This document shows positions 42,911-57,017 of a DNA stretch of 64,000 nucleotides, piece after piece. Source of the stretch: Octopus vulgaris. Taxonomy: Eukaryota. The translations under genes were made by a program, and so were the position numbers. How positions within the stretch are numbered: the stretch's first letter is position 1; each line of letters starts with the position of its first letter. The stretch is from contig OX597827.1 in NCBI GenBank assembly GCA_951406725.2, positions 43,896,001 to 43,960,000 on the forward strand. The letters run 5' to 3'. The notes beneath the pieces are model-generated. The model was not told where the DNA came from and ran no database searches. It was given only the letters and a program-made list of their open reading frames with translations.

Positions 42911-44228
42911 CACAGAATGAACACAATCCTCCAAACACACACGATCATAAAAAGCAAGAGACAGCCTAAATCCATGAAAAGTCTCCTAACACAAGCCCGA
43001 ATTCACTCTTCAACACAGAAGCCGACAGTAAAAAAATGGTGGAAGACCCAATTGCGGGATATGCGACTATCTAATTGAGGGATCAGAGTTCTCCTTCAAA
43101 CAGGGACAACGGTTTACAGTGAAAAGCAACTTCACATGTGCTTCGGAGAACCTAATATACTCACTAACCTGCTCCGGGTGTCAAGAGCAGTACATAGGCC
43201 AAACAAAAAATAGTTTGCGTAAACGAATGGCCCTGCACAGATCCCAGGTAAAAATTCCCCAAAACAGAAAAATAGCTTTTAGCCAACACATAGATACTTG
43301 CGCCAACAAAAAAACACCAAGCTTCAGGATTTTCCCCCTCTACCAATTTAGGGACGATACAACCTCGAGACAACGAATAAGTAAAGAAAGTCTCTTTATT
43401 ACAAAATACAGGCCACTTCTTAACGGGTCTACGACAAACAATTAATATACCTCAACTTTAGAATGAAAGAAATATTCACACACAAGTGTTACATTCCAAG
43501 GAGTCCATTACTAATCACAGCTAAAATCACAGCTATAATCCATAACATGCCAACTTCAAGTCATACAACACCTCACTACTTTAACCCATTCATATTCTCC
43601 CTTCTCTGTTTTTTTCTTCTTCTTCCTCTTCTGCTTCATCATCATCATTATCATCATCATCGTCGTCATAATCATCACCACCATCATCATCATCGTCATC
43701 TTCTCCTTCTCCTTTTTCTTCTTCTTCTTCATCATCATCATCATCAACATCGTCATCTTCTTCTTCTTCTTCTACTTCTCCACCTTCTACCCCTTAACTT
43801 TGTCACTAATGTTTTTTAGTATAACACCTACGCAAATTCTATAAACAAGCCTTTCAATAGAAATATTCTCCTGAATTGAACTGCGACTGCCAGCCGCCAC
43901 TGACCATTCAAAATACGACCATCAGGGCACTCCCAGATTTTCCCACCCCCTTTCCTCATCAGCCTTCTTCCTCTACTACCCTACCAAGAACTCACAACGA
44001 CCTCCAACACACAAGTGCAAACAAGGGAGTCATAGAAAGGCAGAATGCCACTTATATCTGAACACTACTATAGAAATATTCCTTTAAAAAAACTTTTGTT
44101 CTAATTTTTCTAAATTTAATTATTTAATCGTTACAGTTGAAAAGGTCTCAAAATGACCGAAACCGGTACTGAAATGTTCACTATAAAATTATTTTAGCAT
44201 TTTCTATTTTTGACTTGTTTTTTCATAT
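42911..44228 (+). mobile_element. Penelope-like element, 5'-truncated (GIY-YIG, 3' UTR and HHR at 44131-44173)
   Basis: LIYSLTCSGCQEQYIGQT...R...H; 1-nt insertion near 43039 relative to the 50862 copy; sits in the (TA)n of a SINE A (42857-44495). Confidence 0.9.
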
Positions 44229-44319
<91 letters not shown>

Positions 44320-44719
44320 CAACATCGCTTGACAACCGATGCTGGTGTGTTTACGTCCCCGTAACTTAGCGGTTCGGCAAAAGAGACCGATAGAATAATT
44401 ACTAGGCTTACAAAGAATAAGTACTGGGGTCGATTCGCTCGACTAAAGGCGGTGCTCCAGCATGGCCACAGTCAAATAACTGAAACAAGTGAATGAGTAA
44501 ATGAGTAAATGTGATACAAGACATGCGCAACTAAAGAAATTGACACGTGAACACGTATACGCAAATAGACAGAGATATATGCATGTAGATGTATAAATGG
44601 AAAATTTGATGCACGTACAAGCGTACATACGCACATATTGTGTTATTTAAACTATACGTACTTGTAAATGTATAACTGGGTCAACATACATACATGCACA
44701 AGACGAATACAGACGTACA

Positions 44720-45222
44720 GTCGCAGATGTGGCTGTGCGGTAAGAAGCTTGCTTCCCGACCACGTTGTTCCGGGTTCGGTCCCACTGTGTGACACCGTGG
44801 GTAAGTGTCTTTAACTATGGCCTCAGGCCGATCAAAGCCTTGTATGTGGATTTGGTAAGCGCAAACTGAAAGGAACCCGCCGTATGTGTGAGAGTGTATG
44901 TGTGTGTGTATGTGTGTGTGTATGTGTAAGAGAGAGAGAATGTGTGTGTGCGTGTACGGGCGGGTGCACGTGCGTGTGCGCGCGCATCTGTATGTGGGTC
45001 TTTGCGTTTGTGTTTGTCCCCGGCCGCTCCTTGACAACTGGTGTTGGTCTGTTTACGTCCGCGTAACGTAGTGGTCCGGCGAAAGGAACCGATACAGTAA
45101 GTACCAGGCTTTAAAAAAAGGAAAAGGGCAAGTAAAGGTAAGACCTGGGGTCGGTTTGTTCGACTAAAAACTCTTCAAGGCGGTGCCCTATCACGGCCGA
45201 ACTCGAATGACAGTAACAAGTT
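44720..45222 (+). mobile_element. SINE family A, diverged
   Basis: Both halves recognisable. Confidence 0.75.
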
Positions 45223-45847
45223 GAAGATTTTTGTTCCCACCTATCAGCCACTTAACGATATCGCATTTTGATTTGCTATTGATTTCACCTTTGCAACAAC
45301 AGTTCCATCATGCTGACAATGTGATCGTGAATACGAACTCAACATCCTGAACACTATATCACACACCTTCATATACATACATACACACACATATATACGC
45401 ACACACGTACATACTAACACACAACATACATACATACATACATACATACATACATACATACATACATACATACATACATACAACCAAACAAACAAATCAG
45501 CTCCTTCAGAGGAAGATATCAACTAATTAAAAACAGAAGGCAGAGAACATACATCTGTACACATGGTAAGTATGTGTGTATGTTGAATTTTCAAGCCAAA
45601 ATCATTGTTAAATATAATCACAACAGACCAGATAAAATGAACTGGGATCACTTTATCTGGTCTGTTGTGGTTTATCTGGTTCCATTTTATCTTAGAGAGA
45701 AGGTATGCACTTTAGTGAAAGTCAGTCATTTTCATTCCTCCGGGAGTCGATAAAGTTCATAACCAGTTATGTAGTGGGGTAGATTTAATCGATGAAACTC
45801 TCCTCTCTTGAAATTAGTGGTCTTTCGCATAAATTAAGGACAGCATA

Positions 45848-46672
45848 CGTGGTCTGATCAATAAGTATCCGGACTGTTGCTATAGTAACCAACCTAAAGC
45901 ACGCAGAGTAAAGACGCTTGGCACAGATTAACCTTGAACTCTGCTGTGCATGCGCAATAAGTTTTAACATTCTAGCTCACTTCTGCTGTTTACAGTAGTG
46001 CTTTGTAGGAAGGCGTGTAGCGTGAGATTGTCGCATTGACCATGACAGAGGAAGTTGAGCAGAGAATTTGCATCAAATTTTGACAAAGTTTTCAAAAAGT
46101 GTTCATCGTTCTCAACACAATCAAGGAGATCTCGTGCAACTGAAACCTGAGAATATTTTGGATCCGCCGAAAGCAATTTTGGCACAGATTTGGCAGACAC
46201 GCGTCCCATAATAGATTGAACTGAACTGTAACTAATCTGCACATCCCAGATACTCACGGATGGTGATTCAACGATTTCCTCTCACAGCTGCACGCACATC
46301 TGCGATGTTTTTTCTGTTCTTTTGGTTGCGGGTCTCCCACAACGTTCGTCAATATCGACTTTTTTTCGTCCATCTTGGAAATGTTTGAACCACTCGTACA
46401 CTTGTGTGCGGCTCATGCACTCCTCTCCATACACTTTCTGCAACTTTGTATAGACCTCTGCTCAACTTTCACTGTCATGATCAATGGGACGATGACACGC
46501 TACACACCTTCCTACCAAGCACTGCTGTAAACAGCGGAAATGATCTAGAACGTTAAAACCTTGTGCACATGCACAGCAGAATCCAAAGTCAATTTTTGCC
46601 GAGCGGCTTCACTCTGCATGCTTTAGCTTCGTTACTATACCAACAGTCCGAATACTTATTGATGAGACCTTG
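45848..46672. mobile_element. Non-autonomous mariner built from two inverted 5' ends
   Basis: TA-flanked TIR GGTCTGATCAATAAGTATCCGGACTG; ~220-bp inverted ends each run into the transposase start (MTE.VEQR); internal N-terminal remnant (YEWF..F..G, VSAK.VPKLL). Confidence 0.8.
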
Positions 46673-47841
46673 TATACATCAAAACTACGTTCCTGTCAGT
46701 TTGGTCTTCAGAAAGCCTCAAGTGTCTTAGTCCTCGATCTATCCATGATATTTACCAAGCAGGGACGATTTAAACTAGTAACTTCATTGGAGGATAATCA
46801 CCACTGAAAGAGATTTAGCTGTTATTTCTCATAGATCGAGCAACTATACAGAGCCGACTCCTCATTGGCTCAAGTTGCTGTTGCTACTACCGTGGTATGT
46901 AAATCTTAGGGTCATCTTTTATGGAGCAGATATATGCTGTCACTCCTGGTGTTGCTACTGTATTTTTTTGGTTTTGTTGTGTTGCTATGGGCTAGTGCTA
47001 GTCAAGCGGATCCTTCCTGCTGCTGCTGTTATTATTCTTGTAAGTGATGATGATGACGATGACAATGACGATGACGTTGATGATAACGATTATGATGATG
47101 ATTATGATTATGATGATGATGATGATGACGAAGATGACGATGATGATGATGATAGTGAATGAAGATGTTGATGATAATGATGAGGTGGGGGATGATAATG
47201 ATGACGATGAGGATAACGATGATGATGACAACGACGACGATGATGATGATGATGACGAAGACGATGACAATGACGATGATGATGGTGAATGATGAAGATG
47301 TTGATGATGATGATGATATTGATGACGATGACGATGATGATGATGATGATGATAATAATAATAATAATAATGATGATGATATATCGTTAACGTCATCAGC
47401 ATTATCGCAAGCTCAGATGAGGCGGCGAGCTAGCAGAGTCGTTAAGCACGGAGCCGGACAAAATGATTCGCGGCATTTCGTCCCGTCTTTACGTTCTACG
47501 TTCAAATTCAGCTGAGGTCGACTCTGCCTTTCATCCTTTTTGGAGTGGAGGGAGGGGTCAATAAAAGAAGTACTAGTTGTTCACTGGGGTCGATGTAATC
47601 GACTTACCCACCTCTCGCGAAATTGCAGGCCTTGTGGTAAAATTTGAAACCATTGCTATTCGGTGCTTCTACCGTTGCCGCCATTGTTGTTAAATGTTGT
47701 TGCTGGTGTTGTTGTTACTGTTATTGTTAATACTGTTCATGTTCCTGCTTGCTATTGTCGAATCAGGTTTCAGTAATTTTCGCTTGCGTTCAGAATGTGG
47801 TAGGCGCGTTGAATGGGGGAAAATCTCTCTGTCAATCTATC

Positions 47842-47885
<44 letters not shown>

Positions 47886-48065
47886 TGTATGTATGTATGT
47901 ATGTATGTATGTATGTATGTATGTATGTATGTATGTATGTATGTATGTATTATGTACGTATGTATGTATGTATTATGTGTATACTCATATATATGTATAT
48001 ATACATATTCACATATACAAACCTGTATACACATACATATATGTATGTATGTATACATATATATA

Positions 48066-48145
<80 letters not shown>

Positions 48146-48256
48146 AACATTTAAGCGCATATAGATATACATATATACATGGGTGCATATACATATATGA
48201 ATACTTATATGAACACATAATATATATGCACGTACACGAACTTACATGCATTCACC

Positions 48257-48304
<48 letters not shown>

Positions 48305-49396
48305 TACACACATATGTTCATACAACTGGAGCCCAAAGGGACGAACGGACGCCAGCATCGGTTGAGAACAGCCATTTTAGAGGTCAGAGGTGATTGCATT
48401 CTCTCTGATAACTGTCAGTAATCAGTTTGTCAGAAGCGAACGACCGCTTGCAGCGCCCTTTTCCTTGAGGGGCTGTGTCAGGAATAGGAGTAGGGTTGGA
48501 TGGCAACTGCTTTCATATGCATACACCGATATACATAAACATAATCACGTGCATATGTGTATATATATATATATATATATCGTATGTATGCATACCTAAA
48601 CATATATATGCCTATATTCATATATACACACAAGTATGCATACATACATACATACATACATACATGCGGACATATATCACATGTACATGCATACTCGCTC
48701 ACTATTAACATCATTATCTCTCTTCCCCTCTCTTTCTCTCTCACTCTCTTGCAAGCATTACACATATGCACACAAGTGCACACGCTGGGAAAATTTGCGT
48801 GGCTAGGGGGTAAGTACACGTTGCAAATAAGTTTAAACATCAACGCTCACACACACACACGCGCGCATACATATATATACACACAGATATGTGTGTGTGT
48901 ATAAGTATATACTTATGTATACATATACTCACACACACACACATATAAATATACTATATATTATATATTATGTATATATACTAGATAAATAAATACATAC
49001 ATACATACACAAATACATACATACATACATAAATACATACATACATACATACATACATACATACATACATACATACATACATACATACATACATACATAG
49101 GTAGATAGATAGGTGGGTGGGTGGCTGCATAATTAAAATATATAATTAGATGGATAGGTAGACAGGTACGACTGTAAGTCGGCACGTAGGGAGGCAAGCC
49201 GGTAGGTAGGTAGGTAGCTAGGTATGTATGTATGTATGTATGCATGTAGGTAGGTAGGTAGGTAGGTAGGTAGGTAGGTAGAGGTAGTTGGATGAATGGA
49301 TGGGTAGAATAAATGGTTAGATTGATCGATAGGTAGATGGCTTGCTCGATCAGCGAATGAATGGTTGGTTCCGTACAAACAGAGAGAGAGAGAGAA

Positions 49397-49428
<32 letters not shown>

Positions 49429-49667
49429 CAGGAGGGGAAGGAAAAGACGAAATGCAAAGTGTGAGCTTATTGGTTAAATATATAACGAATCGATTGATTG
49501 GATAATTAATAGTAGATATATGGTTAATTAGACAGAGATATCGAAGATCGATAGATAATACGTGCATTATGCATACATACGCACACACACATACATACAT
49601 ACATACACACATACATATACATAAATATGTGTGTGTGTGTGTATATATTTTTATATATGCATGCATA

Positions 49668-49699
<32 letters not shown>

Positions 49700-49706
49700 C
49701 ATATAC

Positions 49707-49772
<66 letters not shown>

Positions 49773-50861
49773 AAGGGTGAAAAGGAACACACGAGTTGAT
49801 ATATATGAAAAAACAAGTAAAAAATAGAAAATGCTAAAATAATTTTATAGTGAACATTTCAGTACCGGTTTCGGTCATTTTGAGACCTTTTCAACTGTAA
49901 CGATTAAATAATTAAATTTAGAAAAATTAGAAGAAAAGTTTTTTTAAAAGAATATTTCTATAGTAGTGTTCAGATTTAAGTGGCATTCTGCCTTTCTCTG
50001 ACTCCCTTGTTTGCACTTGTGTGTTCGAGGTAGTTGTGAGTTCTTGGTAGGGTAGTAGAGGGAAGGCTGGTGAGGAAAGGGGGTGGGAGAATCTGGGAGT
50101 GCCCTGATGGTCGTATTTTGAATGGTCAGTGGCGGCTGGCAGTCTCAGTTCAATTCAGGAGAATATTTATATTGACAGGCTTGTTTATAGAATTAGCGTA
50201 GGTGTTATACTAAAAAACATTAGTGACAAACTTAAGGGGTAGGGGGTGGAGAAGAAGAAGAAGAAGAAGAAGAAGAAGAAGAAGAAGGAGAAGGAGAAGA
50301 TGATGGTGATGGTGGTGATGATTATGACGACGATGATGATGATAACGATGATGATGAAGAAGAAGAAGAAGAAGAAGAAGAAGAAGAAGAAGAAGAAGAA
50401 GAAGAAGAAGAAGAAGAAGAAGAAGGAGAAGGAGAAGATGGTGGTGATGATGGTGGTGATGATGATGACGCCGATGATGATGATAACGATGATGATGAAG
50501 AAGAAGAAGAAGAAAAAAACAGAGAAGGGAGAATATGAATGGGTGTAAATATAGCTATGAAGGGGCTGATTAGTAATGGATTCTATGGAGTGTAGTATTT
50601 GTGTGTGTATATATATTTTTTCTTTTATTCTAAAGTTGAGGTATATTAATTGTTTGTCGTAGACCCGTTAAGAAGTGGCTTGTATTTTGTAATAAAGAGA
50701 TTTTCTTTACTTATTCTTTGTCTCGAGGTTGTATCGTCCCTAAATTGGTAGAGGGGAAAATTCTGAAGTTTGGTGTTTTTTTGTTGGCGCAAGTATCTAT
50801 GTGTTGGCTAAAAGCTATTTTTCTGTTTTGGGGAATTTTTATCTGGGATCTGTGCAGGGCC

Positions 50862-51479
50862 TTACCATACATCTCCACACACAACCCTCTCAATAACGAA
50901 GCCTTCGACACCATCCTCCACAACATACCCCTCCTAAAAAAAGACCACAGAATGAACACAATCCTCCAAACACACACGATCATAAAAAGCAAAAGACAGC
51001 CTAGATCCATGAAAAGTCTCCTTACACAAGCCCGAATTCACTCTTCAACACAGAAGCCGACAGTGAAAAAATGTGGAAGACCCAATTGCGGGATATGCGA
51101 CTATCTAATCGAGGGTTCTGAGTTCTCCTTCAAACAGGGACAACGGTTTACAGTGAAAAGCAACTTCACATGTGCTTCGGAGAACCTAATATACTCACTA
51201 ACCTGCTCCGGGTGTCAAGAGCAGTACATAGGCCAAACAAAAAATGGTTTGCGTAAACGAATGGCCCTGCACAGATCCCAGATAAAAATTCCCCAAAACA
51301 GAAAAATAGCTTTTAGCCAACACATAGATACTTGCGCCAACAAAAAAACACCAAACTTCAGAATTTTCCCCCTCTACCAATTTAGGGACGATACAACCTC
51401 GAGACAAAGAATAAGTAAAGAAAATCTCTTTATTACAAAATACAAGCCACTTCTTAACGGGTCTACGACAAACAATTAA
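50862..51479 (+). CDS. PLE polyprotein C-terminus: Cys-rich linker plus GIY-YIG endonuclease (5'-truncated, no RT core)
   Basis: CGRPNCGIC...FTCASENLIYSLTCSGCQEQYIGQTKNGLRKRMALH...QH...R...E..FI....PLLN; uninterrupted frame. Confidence 0.85.
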   Translation, partial: LPYISTHNPLNNEAFDTILHNIPLLKKDHRMNTILQTHTIIKSKRQPRSMKSLLTQARIHSSTQKPTVKKCGRPNCGICDYLIEGSEFSFKQGQRFTVKSNFTCASENLIYSLTCSGCQEQYIGQTKNGLRKRMALHRSQIKIPQNRKIAFSQHIDTCANKKTPNFRIFPLYQFRDDTTSRQRISKENLFITKYKPLLNGSTTNN

Positions 51480-52242
51480 TATACCTCAACTTTAGAATAA
51501 AAGAAAAAAATATATATACACACACAAATACTACACTCCATAGAATCCATTACTAATCAGCCCCTTCATAGCTATATTTACACCCATTCATATTCTCCCT
51601 TCTCTGTTTTTTTCTTCTTCTTCTTCTTCATCATCATCGTTATCATCATCATCGGCGTCATCATCATCACCACCATCATCACCACCATCATCACCACCAT
51701 CTTCTCCTTCTCCTCCTTCTTCTTCTTCTTCTTCTTCTTCTTCTTCTTCTTCTTCTTCTTCTTCTTCTTCTTCTTCTTCTTCTTCATCATCATCGTTATC
51801 ATCATCATCGTCGTCATAATCATCACCACCATCACCATCATCTTCTCCTTCTCCTTCTTCTTCTTCTTCTTCTTCTTCTTCTTCTTCTTCTTCTCACCCC
51901 CTACCCCTTAAGTTTGTCACTAATGTTTTTTAGTATAACACCTACGCTAATTCTATAAACAAGCCTGTCAATATAAATATTCTCCTGAATTGAACTGAGA
52001 CTGCCAGCCGCCACTGACCATTCAAAATACGACCATCAGGGCACTCCCAGATTCTCCCACCCCCTTTCCTCACCAGCCTTCCCTCTACTACCCTACCAAG
52101 AACTCACAACTACCTCGAACACACAAGTGCAAACAAGGGAGTCAGAGAAAGGCAGAATGCCACTTAAATCTGAACACTACTATAGAAATATTCTTTTAAA
52201 AAAACTTTTCTTCTAATTTTTCTAAATTTAATTATTTAATCG

Positions 52243-52285
52243 TTACAGTTGAAAAGGTCTCAAAATGACCGAAACCGGTACTGAA
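52243..52285 (+). ncRNA. Minimal type I hammerhead, U3-A8 core variant (copies at 44131-44173 + and 49858-49900 -)
   Basis: cag-TTGAAAA-ggtc-tcaaaat-gacc-GAAA-CCGG-TA-ctg; palindromic ACCGGT stem III. Confidence 0.75.
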
Positions 52286-52332
52286 ATGTTCACTATAAAA
52301 TTATTTTAGCATTTTCTATTTTTTACTTGTTT

Positions 52333-52391
<59 letters not shown>

Positions 52392-52857
52392 TGCATGTAT
52401 AAGAAATAAATGAAGATGAAAATGCACAGAAAAATGAAATGTATATGAGAGCGTATAGGAAGATTTATTGAGAAACGTGGAACTATGGCGCAAACTGTAT
52501 CGTTTCTGAAATGGGATACAATTAACGACTCAAGACTACCTTCCTCAAAACTCACACTTTTGAAAATCAACCGAACGTGAAACCGGTAAATTATATAAAT
52601 TTTACTTGAAATAAATCAACATAAATACTCTCCGAGCAATTTTAAATTCATTCATTTCTTCTTCTTTTATAGATTACCAACAACGTGTTCAACGTTTTTT
52701 TGATGTCCTGAACCCATATATGCATGTATATATACATATATAAGTAGGTATGTACATATATGCATGTATATATGCATATATTTATATATTATATTATTTA
52801 AATTATTATACGATCGAATACCATACATCCTTTTCCAAGTAAGTTTTATCTATCTCA

Positions 52858-52888
<31 letters not shown>

Positions 52889-52890
52889 TT

Positions 52891-53146
52891 AAAAAAAGGA
52901 GATGTGGAACACGAGTTGTGATATATAAAAAAGGAAATGAAGAAAATGCTGACAAAATAATTTAAGTAATTTAAGTAATTTAATAAGGTGAAAGTTCTCC
53001 TCTAAGAGGAAAATATCTATCAGAAAGGAACTCTATCTCTCTTTTGATAAGCATAACAAATGCGCAACCGGTAAAAGAACTTTCACCTTATTAAATTACT
53101 TAAATTACTTAAATTATTTTGTCAGCATTTTCTTCATTTCCTTTTT

Positions 53147-53150
<4 letters not shown>
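52891..53150 (+). mobile_element. Mini PLE-like foldback (73-bp arms) with a variant hammerhead at 53040-53078
   Basis: Arms 52926-52998 and 53076-53148; ctt-TTGATAA-gcat-aacaa-atgc-GCAA-CCGG-TA-aaag. Confidence 0.7.
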
Positions 53151-53180
<30 letters not shown>

Positions 53181-53181
<1 letters not shown>

Positions 53182-53565
53182 TAGCAGTATCGCCCGGCGT
53201 TGCTCAGGTTTGTAAGGGAAATAACTATAAAGCATTTTTAGAGAGTTATAGCCAAAAAATAGCCAAAAAATGGAAAAAAAAATGATGGTAAATTTTTTTT
53301 GAGAGTTAAAAAAGGTGGAGTTGCGTCCCCTAGACGGTCTGTGGTTTGGGTTTCTGATTCTCGACCCCATGTCGAATTTATCGATTTTTTTCAGAAATGG
53401 GGGAACTTTTCAAAATTTTCGCTGCGTTAGTTTTGAATTATGACATTGGGCTATGTGTGTGTCAAGTTTCATCAGAATCGGTTGAAAGCCGTGGTCAGAG
53501 TGAGGGTACGAGAAAACAGACACACAGAAAACGCACAGACAAACTGCCGTTTATATATAGAGAGA
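53181..53565 (-). mobile_element. Short non-autonomous Helitron
   Basis: Minus strand: A|TCTCTCTATATATAAA ... CCTGAGCAACGCCGGG CGATACTG CTAG|T. Confidence 0.8.
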
Positions 53566-54123
53566 TATATAGATATAGATATAGATATAGATATATATTC
53601 GTAAGAGCTTTTCTTTTATATCTTTCAGTATATAAATGGTTATGTTCAAGTCTTAGGGTTTTAATTTTTAAATTGTTGTATGCTCTTAAGGGTTTTTTTG
53701 TTTTTTATACTTAGTTTGGGAAAATTAAGTCCTGAAGTTAATATTCGACGTTTCCAGACCTTCACCATCTCATTGCTGAGAGTTGATATATATTTGGCGT
53801 CTGTACTGGTTGAATTAATCTAAATTTTCCCCGCAACAGTTTTTTTTTTTGTTTTGTTTTGTTTTTTACATCGGCAGTCAAGTCTTGATTTGCTTTTTGA
53901 AGTATTTTTACAGTTAACCTTTTTTCTTATGCTAGAAGCCGCGTGTTTAATTTTTCTGTGTGCGTGTGTGTGCTGTTTGCAAGTTTATTTTGGCATTGCG
54001 TTACGATATGAGCATGGCCGCCACGATTAATCTTCCATTTCCCAGAGAAGTTTTAAAGAATATCTATTCTCTTCTTGTGCTTACTTATTTAATGCTGTTT
54101 TGATCTGTTATATAGTTCTTTGT

Positions 54124-54510
54124 AGTGGAGGCGCAATGGCCCAGTGGTTAGGGCAGCGGACTCGCGGTCGTAGGATCGCGGTTTCGATTCCCAGACCGGG
54201 CGTTGTGAGTGTTTATTGAGCGAAAACACCTAAAGCTCCACGAGGCTCCGGCAGGGATGGTGGTGATCCCTGCTGTACTCTTTCACCACAACTTTCTCTC
54301 ACTCTTACTTCCTGTTTCTGTTGTACCTGTATTTCAAAGGGCCGGCCTTGTCACTCTCTGTGTCACGCTGAATATCCCCGAGAACTACGTTAAGGGTACA
54401 CGTGTCTGTGGAGTGCTCAGCCACTTACACGTTAATTTCACGAGCAGGCTGTTCCGTTGATCGGATCAACCGGAACCCTCGTCGTCGTAACCGACGGAGT
54501 GCTTCCATCC
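54124..54510 (+). mobile_element. SINE family D, full length with a 12-bp TSD
   Basis: ATAGTTCTTTGT at 54112-54123 and 54511-54522; A box TGGCCCAGTGG, B box GGTTTCGATTCC. Confidence 0.9.
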
Positions 54511-54539
54511 ATAGTTCTTTGTGTTGGGATAAGCATCTT

Positions 54540-54935
54540 TTCTTTTACTTGTTTTAGTCATTAGAATGCGACCATGCTGGGGCAGCGCCTTGGAGAATTT
54601 TAGACAAATGAATTGACACCATTACTTTTAATTTTTAAGCTTGGTACTTATTCTATCGATTTCTTTTGCCGAACCGCTATAATTATGGGGACGTAAACGC
54701 ACCAACACCACTTGTTCACATACACACACACACACGCACACACACACATATACACACACACGTATATATATATTCATATACGATGGGTTTCTTTCACAGT
54801 CAGTCTACCAAAACACATAAGGCTTTGGCCGGCCCGAAACTGTAATAGAAGACACTCGTCCAAGGTACCACGCAGTGGGACTGAACCAGAACCATGTAGT
54901 TAGGAAGCAAGCTCCTTACCACATAATCACGCCTA
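54540..54935 (-). mobile_element. SINE family A
   Basis: Homologous to 2931-3310. Confidence 0.8.
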
Positions 54936-56911
54936 AACCTACCGGTTTCGCTTACATACACCATTAATTTGTTGGTGCTTATACAAACAATAGAAAAAAA
55001 TGTCCATTACCTTAATGAAATAATAAAACAAATTTCTCATTTGAATAACTCCTCTGATGACTTCCCTGTCATTTATTCTCTCTCCTACTACTACTACTAC
55101 TGTTATCAAACCTAGTATGGCCTGTTATCAAACCTAGTATGTACACTCATCCAGCACATTTTAAGTCAATTCTCAGTATCTCTCTTTTACTCTCACCCCC
55201 AACCTTTCACTCTTTCTTCTCGCTCTCTCATTCTTACTCTCTCTTTCTCACTCACACACACTCTCTATTTCTCTTTCTCTCTTTTTCTCTTTCTCTCTCG
55301 TTCTCTCTTTCTGTTGTAAAGCGTGACTGAGAATGTCAACCAACCAACCAACCGACATTTATATTGACTTTTATTATATCGTGATGTAACTAGTATATAT
55401 TAAAATGCATTCAAACATTGTCGAGTGAAGCATCTCTTGGGATAACTATAACCGACTTGAAATAGAGACGTGGAGTTTTCTCTTTTCCTCAACTCAAATG
55501 AGTTTATGCGTTGGTTGCATCGATCCGTTAATGCATTCGCAGATACCTATTTAATCCTTCTCGAAAGCTTTTGTAAGTATTTTGCATCATGATTCCTCTA
55601 ACTATCACCCCTTGCAAGAAACACAGTTACAAACTCGATGCTGGAACTAATGGCTGGCTGTAGGGAGTATGTCTTAAACTGTAGTGAGAGATTTGGTAAT
55701 AAATGCTATCCAGACAAGAGTAGCTTATTTTCACATAGTTAGTGTTGAAAAGCTTTTTATGTGTGTTTGGTAAATGAGATCTTATCCGTATTTAGGAAAT
55801 GAAATCGTGATTAGAACATTAACTTCCTAGCTACATTGGTGTATATATTCTTGTGGAATAAGGGACTGCAGTAATTTTTTTTTCTTTCTATTTCTGCTAC
55901 AGTAAATCGTGGTGTAGTCCTCGTGTACCAGTATTCTGTTAATGCCTACATTTGTTAGTATGTCGATATGAAATAGGGTGGGGGGAAACGTCTTGTACCA
56001 TGATTCGTTACCTTAATTGACTTACTGGTGAAAATTTCGTGGTATGTATGATAAGGGAAAGGAAAAGAAATAAAAACAGTGAAGTTAAATTTAGGACATT
56101 TTCGGCAATAATTGTTCGAACGCTACAAATTTAACTGTAAATTAAACGACGAAATGTTTCTCGATCAATTTTTACGGTTGAGAAGATTGCGTTTGATTGC
56201 GCATCGAATTCTATTCGGAGGTTCACAATTACGAAACGCCTCGTCGTGATAATGAGAAGCATTAATGATGAACACGGCATTTCCAACATAAATAGTACAG
56301 TCGCTTCTACCACTTGTAATTGTATTGTCCTCAAATAATTTCATTCTTAATGCTAATTGGCTTTCGAAGGCCCTTGCATATTGTGCTAAGATGCAATTAA
56401 ATAGTAAAGATGCATTGGATTGACCGGGAATACTTGAGGGCTCGCTTTTATTAGCATATTAATTTCTGAAGCTACAAGCCTCTCTGTGTATATTTGGTTT
56501 TCGAAAGAAACATATCTGCCAGCGCTAACTCAAATGAACAAACATTGAACATACTTCCTTGGCACATTCCATTTGAATAAGCGATAACAATCTTGCATTA
56601 GCAAAAAGAAGTTAACTTTATTTAAAGTTGGTCATCGCTTAAATGGAAACTTTGAGAAACTGGGCTGTTGTGTACCACCAAAACAAGGAGTCCACGAATA
56701 TTCCAAATATTCATAACAAAAATAACTCTAATTTGGAATACACATAAGAAGGGATTCTCACAATTTCCTTTAATGAAATACATTAACACGACATTAATTG
56801 TCTCCGGGGCCATAGTACAAAACACTTGACCAAGCTGCCATAAGATTGAAACACATGTTTACGAAGTGAACATCTAAACCACAGTCACATTTACACCTAC
56901 ACACACACACA

Positions 56912-56995
<84 letters not shown>

Positions 56996-57017
56996 ATATA
57001 TATATGTATGTATGTAT

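Larger units (their letters stand above)
49772..52342 (+). mobile_element. Penelope-like element (Neptune-like) with a ~1.06-kb inverted 5' copy of its own 3' end
   Basis: 49801-50861 is the reverse complement of 51263-52342; flanked by (TA)n on both sides. Confidence 0.92.

Noticed and set aside
50718-50861. N-terminal 48 aa of the 253-aa ORF
   Set aside because: It is the antisense reading of the inverted arm, fused in frame by chance.
53735-53785. Minus-strand GAAACGTC as another hammerhead
   Set aside because: No recognisable CUGANGA-type core or convincing stem II.
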